Numbered from the stretch's first letter, positions 38,850 through 48,793 are shown. The stretch: 64,000 nt of DNA from an uncultured Gammaproteobacteria bacterium (GCA_964535655.1 CAZHTP010000001.1:98573-162572); one strand, 5' to 3'. Notes: a model not told the origin generated them from the letters alone. Program-made: numbers and translations.

Positions 38850-38979
38850 TCTAAACCCTCCTTGATGTCATTACGGTGGCACGCATAATTCCTCGCAAAG
38901 CTCGGAATTTAATGCTCAGCTTTTTTGCTAGTGGTATGAAAAAGAAGGCCACTGTGAATGACTTCTTCGGAGGTTTAGA
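38850..38979. repeat. Structured intergenic element, copy B
   Basis: Long P1 (tctaaacc...acggtggc/gccactgt...ggtttaga); P2 gcat-aattcc/ggaatt-ta-atgc; P3 cttttt/aaaaag. Same junction bases as copies A and C. Confidence 0.75.
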
Positions 38980-39148
38980 GATTTATCATAATAGGGTATA
39001 ATGTCTATATTATTGTTTTCCCTTACCTTGGGAATCTTGGCATGATTTTGGATCCTGAATTAAACAGAAAAACTCTTTTTTCTGCTTGATCGAGGAATCT
39101 GAAAACTGTCGTGATGTGTCTTTTAGGTTAAGGAGAAGGAGTTATTTT

Positions 39149-41371
39149 ATGGCGAATATTATTTCGCAGAGTATTAAAATCGGAGATTCCGAGTTACTAC
39201 TTGAACATGGTCGTTTTGCAGCCCAAGCAAGCGGCGCAGTGATTGGTAGAATGGGCGAGACTATGGTTCTTGCAACGGTTGTTGCAAGCAAAAAAGAGTC
39301 TTCTTTAGACTATTTTCCTTTATCTGTTGAGTTTCTTGAGCGGCTTTATGCTGGTGGAAGAATTTCTTCTTCTCGCTTTATTAAACGTGAAGGTCGCCCT
39401 TCAGAAAATTCAATTTTAACTGCACGTCTTATTGATCGTTCAGTTCGTCCACTTTTTCCCGATGGATTTAAGAATGAAGTTCAGATTGTTGTTACCGTTC
39501 TTTCTGTTGACCTTGAACATGATCCAGATGTACTTGGCGTTATCACGGCAAGTGCTGCACTTGCAGTATCTGATATTCCTTGGAATGGTCCACTCGCTGC
39601 AACTCGCTTAGGCTGGAAAGATGAGACGTATTTGGTTAATCCAGTTGCTGAGGTAATGAGGGTTTCTCAGATGGATTTAATTGTTTCTGGAACAAAGAAT
39701 GAAGTTGTAATGGTTGAAGCTGGGATGCAAGAAATGCCAGAAGAGACTGTTGTTAATGGTCTTGAAGAAGCGCAGAAATATAACAAAATTGTTGTTGAAG
39801 GTATTGAAGAACTCGTTAAGAAAGTTGGAAAAGAGAAGTTTCATTTTGAAAAAGCTGAGATCTCTCAAGAAGATAAAGATGCTGTTACTCAGGTGGCACT
39901 CCCCCTTATTAATGAGATGGTTGAGCTTGCTGCTCAAAAGAAACTTAATAAAGAAGACGCTCTTGGTGAATTAAAGAAGCAAGTTGAAGAAAAACTTGCT
40001 GCTGTTGCAACAGAAGAAAGGCCAGTTCCATCAAAAGCTGTTATTGGCGAACTTTCGGAAAAATTGTTTAAGAAATCTATTCGCACTAATACACTTACTA
40101 CTGGAAAGCGTGCTGATGGACGATCATACGATCAGGTCCGTGAATTGGAAATTGAAGTCGGAGTAATTCCTCGTACGCATGGTTCAGCAATGTTTCAGCG
40201 TGGAATGACTCAAACTTTAACAACGGTAACTTTAGGATCTCCGTCACTTGAACAACTAATTGAAGGCCCGGGTGGCGAAGAAACTAAGCGCTACATGCAC
40301 CATTATAATTTCCCTCCTTATTCGGTGGGAGAAGCAAGGCGAATGGGTTCGCCAGGTCGTCGCGAAATAGGACACGGAGCACTTGCTGAGAGAGCCTTAG
40401 TTCCAGTTATTCCTCCACAAGAGCAGTTTCCCTATGCTATTCGTGTTGTTAATGAAATTATGTCTTCTAACGGGTCTTCTTCAATGGCTTCAGTCTGTGG
40501 GTCTTCACTTGCACTAATGGACGCAGGTGTTCCCGTTAAAGCGGCTGTTGCCGGTGTTGCGATGGGACTGATGACCAATGAAGAAGGTACGAAGTATGCC
40601 GTGTTAACCGATATTCAAGGTCTTGAAGATGCAACTGGTGATATGGACTTTAAAGTTGCTGGTACAGCAAAAGGTATTACTGCTTTGCAGATGGATATTA
40701 AACTCTCTGGTTTAAAACACGAATGGCTTAAGGATGCTGTTATGCAGGCCAAAGCAGGAAGAATGTTTATTCTTAATGCCATGCTTGAGAAGATCTCCCA
40801 GGCACGTCCTACACTTTCTAAATATGCACCTCGTGTTGTGATGATGAAGATTGATCCAGAGACCATTGGTTTAGTAATTGGTGGTGGTGGAAAAACTATC
40901 AATCAGATTATTAATCAGTGTGGTGTCGCGATTGATATTGAGGATGACGGCACCGTGCTTATAAGCGGAACTGAAGATGACGGTATTGCTAAGGCGCAGG
41001 CTTGGATTCTTTCTTTAACCAAAGAAATTAAAGTTGGTGAAGTATATGAAGGTGTTGTAAAACGAATTCTTGCTTTTGGCGCATTTGTTGAAATTCTACC
41101 TGGTAAGGAAGGTATGGTTCATATTTCGAAGCTTGCTCCAAATCGTGTTGAACGTGTAGAAGATGTCGTTCAGGTTGGTGATACCGTAACTGTTCGTGTT
41201 GATGAAATCGATTCCGAACGCCGTATTAACCTCACTATGGATGTTGCTGGTACATGGGTAAAAGAAGATCGCGGAGATGATACTAGCCATGGTGGAGGTC
41301 GTGAAGGAAGATTCGAGCGACGAGATCGTAATGGTGGCGGACGCAGTGACCGAGGTGGAAGACGTTGGTAG
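39149..41371 (+). CDS. pnp: Polyribonucleotide nucleotidyltransferase (PNPase)
   Basis: RLIDRSVRPLF, RTHGSAMFQRG.TQ, HHYNFPPYSVGE, SNGSSSMASVCG, GDMDFKVAG, KH and S1 domains. Confidence 0.98.
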   Translation: MANIISQSIKIGDSELLLEHGRFAAQASGAVIGRMGETMVLATVVASKKESSLDYFPLSVEFLERLYAGGRISSSRFIKREGRPSENSILTARLIDRSVRPLFPDGFKNEVQIVVTVLSVDLEHDPDVLGVITASAALAVSDIPWNGPLAATRLGWKDETYLVNPVAEVMRVSQMDLIVSGTKNEVVMVEAGMQEMPEETVVNGLEEAQKYNKIVVEGIEELVKKVGKEKFHFEKAEISQEDKDAVTQVALPLINEMVELAAQKKLNKEDALGELKKQVEEKLAAVATEERPVPSKAVIGELSEKLFKKSIRTNTLTTGKRADGRSYDQVRELEIEVGVIPRTHGSAMFQRGMTQTLTTVTLGSPSLEQLIEGPGGEETKRYMHHYNFPPYSVGEARRMGSPGRREIGHGALAERALVPVIPPQEQFPYAIRVVNEIMSSNGSSSMASVCGSSLALMDAGVPVKAAVAGVAMGLMTNEEGTKYAVLTDIQGLEDATGDMDFKVAGTAKGITALQMDIKLSGLKHEWLKDAVMQAKAGRMFILNAMLEKISQARPTLSKYAPRVVMMKIDPETIGLVIGGGGKTINQIINQCGVAIDIEDDGTVLISGTEDDGIAKAQAWILSLTKEIKVGEVYEGVVKRILAFGAFVEILPGKEGMVHISKLAPNRVERVEDVVQVGDTVTVRVDEIDSERRINLTMDVAGTWVKEDRGDDTSHGGGREGRFERRDRNGGGRSDRGGRRW

Positions 41372-41424
41372 ATTAGTTCCTCTATTTGTGATTAAATAGA
41401 GTTACTAGTCGTTACGTTCTTATT

Positions 41425-42501
41425 ATGGCTGACGGACAAAATAGCGATATTTTACAACAACAGACAGATGAACTGCGAGCTCGAGTAGAAGGCGCGAACG
41501 TTCCGGATGGTATTCGAGAAAAATGCCTTGGAATGATTGAGCGTATCGCACGAATGGCGAAGTTTGGTACGTATTCAATTGAATATGAAAATACTTCCCG
41601 ATATATTGATGTTGTGCTGTCAATTCCGTGGGGTGTACTTTCGGAAGATGTTTTGAATCCAACTGTTGCACGAGAAGCGTTAGATAAACATCAATATGGG
41701 CTCGAGCCAGTTAAAGAACGTGTTTTGGAGTACTTAGCTGTTTTACAATTACACCAATATCGTAAACAGCAATTGGGACAAGACGATACGTTTCGCGCTC
41801 CAGTTATCATGTTGGTAGGCCTTGCTGGTACTGGTAAGACATCGTTTGCTTATGCTGTTGCTGACGCAATGAATCGTAAAGTAGCTCGTATTCCGTTTGG
41901 CGGAATGGGGGATGCACTTACGCTTCGTGGACAGTCGCGCGCATTCGCAGATGCTGAGCCAGGTGCGGTTATTAAAGCACTTCTGCAAGCAGGAACACGC
42001 AACCCGGTCATGCTTTTGGACGAAATAGATCGTGTGTCCGATGAAGCACGGGCAAGTGTGATGGGTGTGTTACTTGAGCTTCTTGATCCGCAGCAAAATG
42101 TAGCGTTTCGTGATCACTATTTGGATTATCCGGTTGATTTGTCTGAATGTCTCTTTATCGCGACTGGAAACAACACGACAAATATATCTACGGCGGTATT
42201 GGATCGTTTGGAGGTTATCCAAATGCCATCGTATACAGATGAGGAAAAAATTACTATTGCAGCGAAGTATGTTTTCCCCAAAGCACTACAGGAATCGGGT
42301 TTACCTGAAAATGCAATTATTATTGACCCTTCGGTTTGGCCACAAGTGGTCAGACCACTCGGATTTGATTCCGGCATTCGTACCCTTGAGCGTACGATTC
42401 GCGGAATGTGCCGCAAGGTAGCTCGTATGATTGTTGGTGGAAGTGTTCAGCAAGTGCATGTTACCTCGGAAAATGTAAAGGAATTTTTGCCTACCTGGTA
42501 G
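41425..42501 (+). CDS. Lon-type AAA+ ATPase with no N-terminal or protease domain
   Basis: LDKHQYGLEPVKERVLEYLAV, Walker A GLAGTGKTS, Walker B NPVMLLDEID, LLELLDPQQN..F.DHYL, LDRLEVI. Ends right after the alpha subdomain. Confidence 0.85.
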   Translation: MADGQNSDILQQQTDELRARVEGANVPDGIREKCLGMIERIARMAKFGTYSIEYENTSRYIDVVLSIPWGVLSEDVLNPTVAREALDKHQYGLEPVKERVLEYLAVLQLHQYRKQQLGQDDTFRAPVIMLVGLAGTGKTSFAYAVADAMNRKVARIPFGGMGDALTLRGQSRAFADAEPGAVIKALLQAGTRNPVMLLDEIDRVSDEARASVMGVLLELLDPQQNVAFRDHYLDYPVDLSECLFIATGNNTTNISTAVLDRLEVIQMPSYTDEEKITIAAKYVFPKALQESGLPENAIIIDPSVWPQVVRPLGFDSGIRTLERTIRGMCRKVARMIVGGSVQQVHVTSENVKEFLPTW

Positions 42502-42577
42502 GCTCGAAAGAGAGTTTCGTCTCTCGACTTCACTCGAGATGATTTTAGATAGATAAGTTAAATTAAGGAAAAATCAC

Positions 42578-44749
42578 ATGTCAAATGATACTAATGAAAA
42601 TAACAAAAATGATGGAGTAACTGATTTCTCAGCACTTGTTCCTCAAAAAAATAGATATAATCCTGCGAAGGATTCCGTACAGGTAGCACTTGGTGAATTG
42701 CGAGAGAATATCGCGCAAAAAAATCGCCCTCCCTTTCAGAAAAGAAATGATGGGACACGTCCAGTGCCACGAAATGATGCTCCACGTATCGATGGATCCC
42801 GCACTGATGGTCCACGTCGGCCGGCTCGAGCACCTGCTCCTAATCGTCGACCGCAAGGTGATGGCTATGGAGACCAGATACGCCCTGCTGGTAATCGTCG
42901 CAGTGGTTCGTATGAACCTCGTCGCCGCGATTCACGAGGACCAAGTCAGAACCGCTATCCACAATCACCTCGCCCTATGAGTTCATCAATGGCACGAGGT
43001 GCAACAATTCAAAATACTAACTTATCTCAGCAATGGTATGCCGAAACGGTACCGGTGTTACGGAAAGATCCTAACGTAGTTGAAACTGCAAAACTGCGCA
43101 TTCTTCCTATTGGAGGAATTAATGATGTTCAAAAGAATATGTATGTCTATGAAACCGAAAAAGACATAATAATTATCGACTGCGGGATGGGTTTTGCAGA
43201 CGAAGATATGCCGGGTGTTGATTATTTAATTCCTGATATTTCATATCTTAATGACAAAAAAGATAAGATTCGCGCAATTCTTATTACTCACGGGCATGAT
43301 GACCATATCGGAGCGTTATCGCTAATTTGGCCACAATTAAGGTGTCCTATTTATGCTTCGCATATTACAACTGGTTTTATAAAAACCAAAATGACTGAGC
43401 ATAATTTGCCGGTTGAAGATATTAAAGAGATTGATCCAGACGCATCATATGAATTTGGTGTGTTTAGATTTCAATTCTTTAGATTAAGTCATTCCATTCC
43501 TGATACGTTGGGGTTTGTAATGGATACTCCTGTTGGTAGAATTATTCATAGTGCAGATTTTAAATTTGATTATACTCCGGTAATAGGATTACCAACTGAT
43601 GTTCAGCGTATTGCACGATTTGGCGCAGAAGGTGTTTTGTTATTGCTTTCAGATAGTCTTGGCGCTGAAAAGCCAGGCTATACATTATCTGAAACTGTAG
43701 TTGAAGGACAATTTGATGTTGTTACTGCAAAAACTGTAGGTAAAGTAATTGTCACTACAACTAGCTCAAATATTTCTCGTATTCAGCTTGCTATGAATAT
43801 TGCAGCCAAGTACAATCGCAAAGTTGCTGTGTCTGGGCGTTCAATGGAACAGAATATTGGTGTTGCTCGTAATCTCGGATACTTGAAGTATTCTGATGAT
43901 ATGTTTATTGAGCTTGAGGATATTGGGAAGTATGAGGACCATGAATTGTTCTTAATTGTAGCGGGATCACAGGGGCAAATGGAATCAGCTCTTGGTCGTG
44001 TGTCCCGCGATGAACATAAACAGATTCGCCTTCGCCAGGGTGATTCAGTGGTGTTTTCAACGGATCCAATTCCCGGTAATGAAAACCAGACTAATAAATT
44101 AATTGACGCGCTTATCTCGCATGGTGCTGAAGTGTATTATTCAAATATTTTTAGTAACCTGCATGTTTCAGGTCACGCTGCTCAAGAAGAGCTTAAACTA
44201 ATGATTAGCCTCGTTCGCCCACAATACCTCTTACCTATTGGTGGAACAGCACGAAGTACTAAGAAGTATCGTGATATTGCTATGAATATGGGCTTCAATC
44301 AAGAGTCGGTGTTACTTCCTCAAGAAGGTGAGGTAATTGAATTTAATGTTAAAGACGGAGTTTCTACGCCTTCGATTAACGGTCGCTTTGAAGCAAAGGA
44401 TGTGATGGTTGATGGTCTTGGGGTGGGAGACTTATCTGACATTGTGATTCGCGATCGTCAAGTAATGGCTGAAGAGGGTATGTTGGTAGTTATTGTTCCG
44501 GTTGATCATAAAACGGGGCATACGGAAAGTGGGGTCGAGATTGTTTCGCGTGGATTTGTATACATGAAAGAATCGACTCAGTTGATTGATGACATTACTA
44601 AACTGGTTGAGGATATTCTTGAAGAGCAGCATGGTAAGCCAATGGATTGGACGCTTCTTCGAAAGAAGATTGAAGATCGAGTAAGTAAGTTTATCTTTAA
44701 AGAGATTAAACGTAAACCTATGGTTTTGCCGGTGGTGTTTGAGGTTTAA
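42578..44749 (+). CDS. rnj: Ribonuclease J with long Arg-rich N-terminal extension
   Basis: ILPIGG..DV.KNM, ITHGHDDHIG, HSIPD, DFKFD, GSQG, HVSGHA.QEEL, SRGF. Confidence 0.96.
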   Translation: MSNDTNENNKNDGVTDFSALVPQKNRYNPAKDSVQVALGELRENIAQKNRPPFQKRNDGTRPVPRNDAPRIDGSRTDGPRRPARAPAPNRRPQGDGYGDQIRPAGNRRSGSYEPRRRDSRGPSQNRYPQSPRPMSSSMARGATIQNTNLSQQWYAETVPVLRKDPNVVETAKLRILPIGGINDVQKNMYVYETEKDIIIIDCGMGFADEDMPGVDYLIPDISYLNDKKDKIRAILITHGHDDHIGALSLIWPQLRCPIYASHITTGFIKTKMTEHNLPVEDIKEIDPDASYEFGVFRFQFFRLSHSIPDTLGFVMDTPVGRIIHSADFKFDYTPVIGLPTDVQRIARFGAEGVLLLLSDSLGAEKPGYTLSETVVEGQFDVVTAKTVGKVIVTTTSSNISRIQLAMNIAAKYNRKVAVSGRSMEQNIGVARNLGYLKYSDDMFIELEDIGKYEDHELFLIVAGSQGQMESALGRVSRDEHKQIRLRQGDSVVFSTDPIPGNENQTNKLIDALISHGAEVYYSNIFSNLHVSGHAAQEELKLMISLVRPQYLLPIGGTARSTKKYRDIAMNMGFNQESVLLPQEGEVIEFNVKDGVSTPSINGRFEAKDVMVDGLGVGDLSDIVIRDRQVMAEEGMLVVIVPVDHKTGHTESGVEIVSRGFVYMKESTQLIDDITKLVEDILEEQHGKPMDWTLLRKKIEDRVSKFIFKEIKRKPMVLPVVFEV

Positions 44750-44759
44750 ATTGGTAGTA

Positions 44760-44880
44760 GCTTTCTTGTCGAGCTTTGATGGTGACACGCTTAACGCTTC
44801 GTATTCGCTTGCGTTTAAAGCTCTACTCTGCCTTTAGTTGTTTGGCAGAGAAGGTCACCACAAAGCTCTCCTTCAAAAGC
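44760..44880. repeat. Structured intergenic element, copy C
   Basis: P1 gagctttg-a-tggtgac/gtcacca-caaagctc; P2 gctt-aacgc/gcgtt-ta-aagc; P3 ctctgcc/ggcagag. Confidence 0.8.
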
Positions 44881-45011
44881 TTATCTTCTCGTGGCTCACC
44901 AGCGGAATTTCTATCTTCAAAACTCTCAACGCGGAAGTTGTAATAGCATCACTGAGATTTTATTTCAAGTTCGTGACAAATGGGCTTGGTGCTGCTATAG
45001 TAGTTTTTGAA

Positions 45012-47195
45012 ATGTCAAAATCTGCCAAGAAACCCGCCAAAAAAACATCATCGTCGCGTCGAGCAAAGCGAGGTGGTTTAAGTCCTGCAGTGTTACGCTC
45101 TTCTTTTGCCATTTTGTTGTATGTTGGCGCGCTTCTCGTAATTCTTTCGTTTGTTTTGAAGAGCGATATCTTTTTATCAATTCGCGAAAATTTATTTCAT
45201 TATTTTGGGTTAGGAATGTTTTTTCTTCCCTTGATACTTATCAGTTTTGGAATTTTCGTACAAGGCTTCAAGTTAAAATTAGGTCAGCCACATATATTAG
45301 TGGGAGTACCTCTGTGTGTGCTTTCGTTGTTAGCCTTAATTTCTCCCTTTTCATTTGATTATTCTGGAGTAGTAGGGAATAGAGTATGGGGGAGTTTAAA
45401 TGAGTTTTTGCCGATGCCGATAACCAGCTTGTTGTTGGTTATTATTTTGGTTATTGGCTTGGCGGTGCTTTTTGATACGTCGCTTGATTTGTTTTTTGAA
45501 AAAATATTTCAGGGAATTGGTGGTTTCTTTAATTTAATATTCAGTCGCTTTGTTTGGCATAAATCTGCCATAGAAGTGTCTCGCAGTACGGTTAGTACTC
45601 TTTCGGCTGTCTCGACGGCGGCTCCATCGGGTGGATTACGTGAAGGTTTACGGATTTTTGGAAAGAAAGAGAAGAAAATAGTTGATCCGGCTATGGATGA
45701 TGGTGTAAAGCCTGAGCCGCCAAAGAAAATGTCGGAAGAGGAATCTATAAGCATTCGAATGGGAAATCCATCATTATCTGGACAAGTTTGGAATTATCCT
45801 CCTCTTTCAATTTTTTCTAACGCTCCAGGTAAGCCTGCGGATCGTGGAGATGTAAAGAACAATTCTAATATTATCGAAAAAACGCTGGAGAGTTTTGGCA
45901 TTATTGCTAAAGTAGTCGAAATTGATCAAGGGCCGGCTGTGACTCGTTATGCCCTTGATTTAGCACAGGGAACTAAAATTGCAAAAATAACTTCATTGCA
46001 GTCTGATTTAGCGATGGCGCTTGCAGCTCATACCGGTGAGGTTCGTATTGAGGCTCCAATCCCAGGTAAAGCCTTGGTTGGTATCGAAATTCCAAATAGA
46101 ACCCTCGAGATTGTTCCCATCCGATCTATTTTGGGCAACGAAGATGTTAAGAATCATAAATCTAAGTTACTTGTTCCCCTTGGATTTGATGCGGCTTGTC
46201 GCCCCCTTATTGCTGATATTACTCGCATGCCGCACTTATTGGTTGCTGGTACTACTAACTCGGGTAAATCGGTGATGCTTAATGGCATTATCGTATCTTT
46301 GTTGTTTAGAGCAAGCCCAGACGAGGTTAAATTAATTTTAGTTGATCCAAAGCGCGTGGAAATGGGCGGCTATAATGGTTTACCTCATTTGCTTACTCCA
46401 GTTATTCATGATGCTGATAAGATTGTGTCTGCTTTGAAATGGGCTGTTGCAGAAATGCAGCGTCGTTACCAGATGTTCTCTGAAGTTGGGGCTCGAAATA
46501 TCAGCAGTTACAATGAGATGAGTGGGTTTCAGGCGGTACCTTATATTGTCATTATTATTGACGAGTTGGCTGATTTGATGATGTTCGCGCCATCTGAAGT
46601 AGAAGAAGCGATCTGTCGTTTAGCGCAGATGGCTCGAGCGGTTGGAATTCATTTGATTATTGCTACACAACGTCCTTCAGTTGATGTTTTGACCGGTTTA
46701 ATTAAGGCTAACATCCCTGCTCGCATGGCATTTAACGTTTCTTCGCAAGTTGATTCACGCGTTATTTTGGATACTCAGGGGGCAGAAAAGCTTTTGGGTA
46801 GGGGAGATATGCTATATCTTGCTTCTGATGCAGCCAAGCCAACGCGAATTCAGTCGCCTTTTGTTCGAGACGAAGAAATTAATGCGTTGGTAAACTTTAT
46901 TAAAGCATCAGGTATTGCTCCGGTTTATACTGAGGAAGTTGTTACGCAACCTATTAACTCAGTGCGAGGTGGAAATGGATCAATGGGTAGCGATGATGAA
47001 CATGATCCCCAGTATGATGAAGCAATGCGGATTGTTATAGATTCTGGTAATGCTTCAGCATCTTTCTTGCAACGTAAAATGAAGGTAGGCTATGCACGTG
47101 CTGCTCGATTGTTGGATCAGTTGGAAGCTTCGGGGGTTGTAGGGCCAGCTAATGGCTCGAAGCCGCGAGAGATATTGCGAAGGGACGTGCAGTAG
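45012..47195 (+). CDS. ftsK: DNA translocase FtsK/SpoIIIE
   Basis: N-terminal TM segments; RIEAPIPGK, PHLLVAGTTNSGKS, IIIDELADLM, ATQRPSVD; gamma domain SASFLQRKMKVGYARAARL. Confidence 0.96.
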   Translation: MSKSAKKPAKKTSSSRRAKRGGLSPAVLRSSFAILLYVGALLVILSFVLKSDIFLSIRENLFHYFGLGMFFLPLILISFGIFVQGFKLKLGQPHILVGVPLCVLSLLALISPFSFDYSGVVGNRVWGSLNEFLPMPITSLLLVIILVIGLAVLFDTSLDLFFEKIFQGIGGFFNLIFSRFVWHKSAIEVSRSTVSTLSAVSTAAPSGGLREGLRIFGKKEKKIVDPAMDDGVKPEPPKKMSEEESISIRMGNPSLSGQVWNYPPLSIFSNAPGKPADRGDVKNNSNIIEKTLESFGIIAKVVEIDQGPAVTRYALDLAQGTKIAKITSLQSDLAMALAAHTGEVRIEAPIPGKALVGIEIPNRTLEIVPIRSILGNEDVKNHKSKLLVPLGFDAACRPLIADITRMPHLLVAGTTNSGKSVMLNGIIVSLLFRASPDEVKLILVDPKRVEMGGYNGLPHLLTPVIHDADKIVSALKWAVAEMQRRYQMFSEVGARNISSYNEMSGFQAVPYIVIIIDELADLMMFAPSEVEEAICRLAQMARAVGIHLIIATQRPSVDVLTGLIKANIPARMAFNVSSQVDSRVILDTQGAEKLLGRGDMLYLASDAAKPTRIQSPFVRDEEINALVNFIKASGIAPVYTEEVVTQPINSVRGGNGSMGSDDEHDPQYDEAMRIVIDSGNASASFLQRKMKVGYARAARLLDQLEASGVVGPANGSKPREILRRDVQ

Positions 47196-47355
47196 CTTTT
47201 CCTGAGCTATATTCTTACATGCTGTTTTTCCAGGACGGATGCAATTTTCTTGCGCTACAAATCTCTCAACCAGTTAATTATCAATTAATAGTCTAGTCGA
47301 ATTATTTTAAGTAGTACGTTATAATAACTTTACAGTTGGTATTTCCCATATAACT

Positions 47356-48003
47356 ATGAAAACTTTAGGACAGATTTTGCGCGAGCAAAGAGAAAAAAAG
47401 AATATAACCTTTGAGCAAGCGGAAGAGGCTACTAAGATTCGAAAAAGCTATTTGCGTGACCTTGAAGATGGAAACTATGCAAATTTGCCTGCATCAACGT
47501 ATATAAAAGGATTTCTTAAGATTTATGCCGAATATCTAGGACTTCCTGAAAATGATGTTCTAGCATTTTTTCGTCGAGAATTTGATGAAACTAAGGATGG
47601 CAAAATAACTCCTAAATCTTCGCTTAAGCCAGTACGAGATCCCTGGATCCGATTTAGCCCACAAGTTTTCTTTACCGTAGTCTTTGTTTCTGCTGTAGCT
47701 ATACTTTTTGCGTACATCTGGGTGCAGTATCAATCGTTTGCTGGTGCTCCGCAGCTGGAAATCTTTTCCCCTAAAGATGGTATCGTTGTACAGAAGCCAG
47801 ATATAGATATTGAGGGGAAAACATCTGCAAATAGTACGCTCACCCTTAACGGTCAAAATATTGGGTTGTCGGGAGATGGGTACTTTAAGACTTCGGTACA
47901 AATGAGTGAGGGAGTAAATGTCTTAACGTTTGTTGCAGTGAATGAAGTAGGTAAAACGACCACAGAAAAGCGAAATGTTCGATTTGATGTGGTTAAGAAG
48001 TAG
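47356..48003 (+). CDS. RodZ-like HTH membrane protein with C-terminal Ig-like domain
   Basis: LGQILRE.RE...IT.E.AE.ATKIR..YL..LE.G....LP...Y.KGFL..YA.YLGL, one TM segment. Follows ftsK. Confidence 0.8.
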   Translation: MKTLGQILREQREKKNITFEQAEEATKIRKSYLRDLEDGNYANLPASTYIKGFLKIYAEYLGLPENDVLAFFRREFDETKDGKITPKSSLKPVRDPWIRFSPQVFFTVVFVSAVAILFAYIWVQYQSFAGAPQLEIFSPKDGIVVQKPDIDIEGKTSANSTLTLNGQNIGLSGDGYFKTSVQMSEGVNVLTFVAVNEVGKTTTEKRNVRFDVVKK

Positions 48004-48041
48004 ATTGACTATCTCCTGTTCCTTCTGCTTTAATTACATAT

Positions 48042-48311
48042 ATGGATATTTTGCAAGTTATTTTAGTAACATCTTTGGTACTTCTAACTACCTTACTCGT
48101 TTTCTTGGGAATTCAAGTTTATTATATTTTTCAGGAAGTTCGCAAAACACTACAATTGTTACAAAGAACTCTGGATAATGCTGCTGAAATTTCTGAAATG
48201 GCTAAGAACCCAATATTTGCTCTTACTCAAATTAAAGGGTGGGGAAGTGTTGTTAGTGGCTTACGCGAGGGAATCAGATTATATAAGTCGTTTCGTAAAC
48301 GAGAAGAATAA
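48042..48311 (+). CDS. Small membrane protein (TM plus coiled coil)
   Basis: N-terminal hydrophobic helix followed by an amphipathic helix. Confidence 0.65.
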   Translation: MDILQVILVTSLVLLTTLLVFLGIQVYYIFQEVRKTLQLLQRTLDNAAEISEMAKNPIFALTQIKGWGSVVSGLREGIRLYKSFRKREE

Positions 48312-48793
48312 TGTTTACTTCATCTAAAAATACAAAATCATCGGGATCTGCGATATTCCCTATTGCTGCTTTTGTTGCACTTATTGGTGGAATTGGTGCG
48401 GCCGTGATTACGCATCCGAAACAAAAGAAAGTACGCGATGATTTAAGTGCTGTGGCGGATGACTTAATCGACTCTTTAGAGCGGGTTTTGGATAAAGTTG
48501 ATACAGGTGTACAAAAGAATGCTTCACAGGGATTTAGCGAAATTTCACAGCTTATTATGGGTGCATATGATGAGATTAAGTCTCTTAATGATGCGGCCCA
48601 CGATGAACCCAAAGGGCTAGCGAAAGTGACTCAGACTATTACGCATACTGTTCAGCGTGTGGAAGAAAAGGCGATAGAAGAAGTTCATGCCGTTGAAGAT
48701 TTAGCTCATACTGTTGATGACGATATATCTGAAAAAATAGCCTGGCTACAGCGCAAAGGCCGCAATTTGGCTCGAAAAGGAATCTCTAAGTAA
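48311..48793 (+). CDS. YtxH-like membrane-anchored helical protein
   Basis: LIGGIGAAVITHPKQ.KVRDDL resembles the YtxH N-terminus. Confidence 0.55.
   Translation: MFTSSKNTKSSGSAIFPIAAFVALIGGIGAAVITHPKQKKVRDDLSAVADDLIDSLERVLDKVDTGVQKNASQGFSEISQLIMGAYDEIKSLNDAAHDEPKGLAKVTQTITHTVQRVEEKAIEEVHAVEDLAHTVDDDISEKIAWLQRKGRNLARKGISK

Noticed and set aside
44838-45011. Extended N-termini in the ORF track for ftsK (likewise pnp, lon, korA, infB, rpsO)
   Set aside because: Downstream ATGs fit RBS position or family N-termini better, and the extensions cross regulatory or structured DNA or overlap upstream genes.
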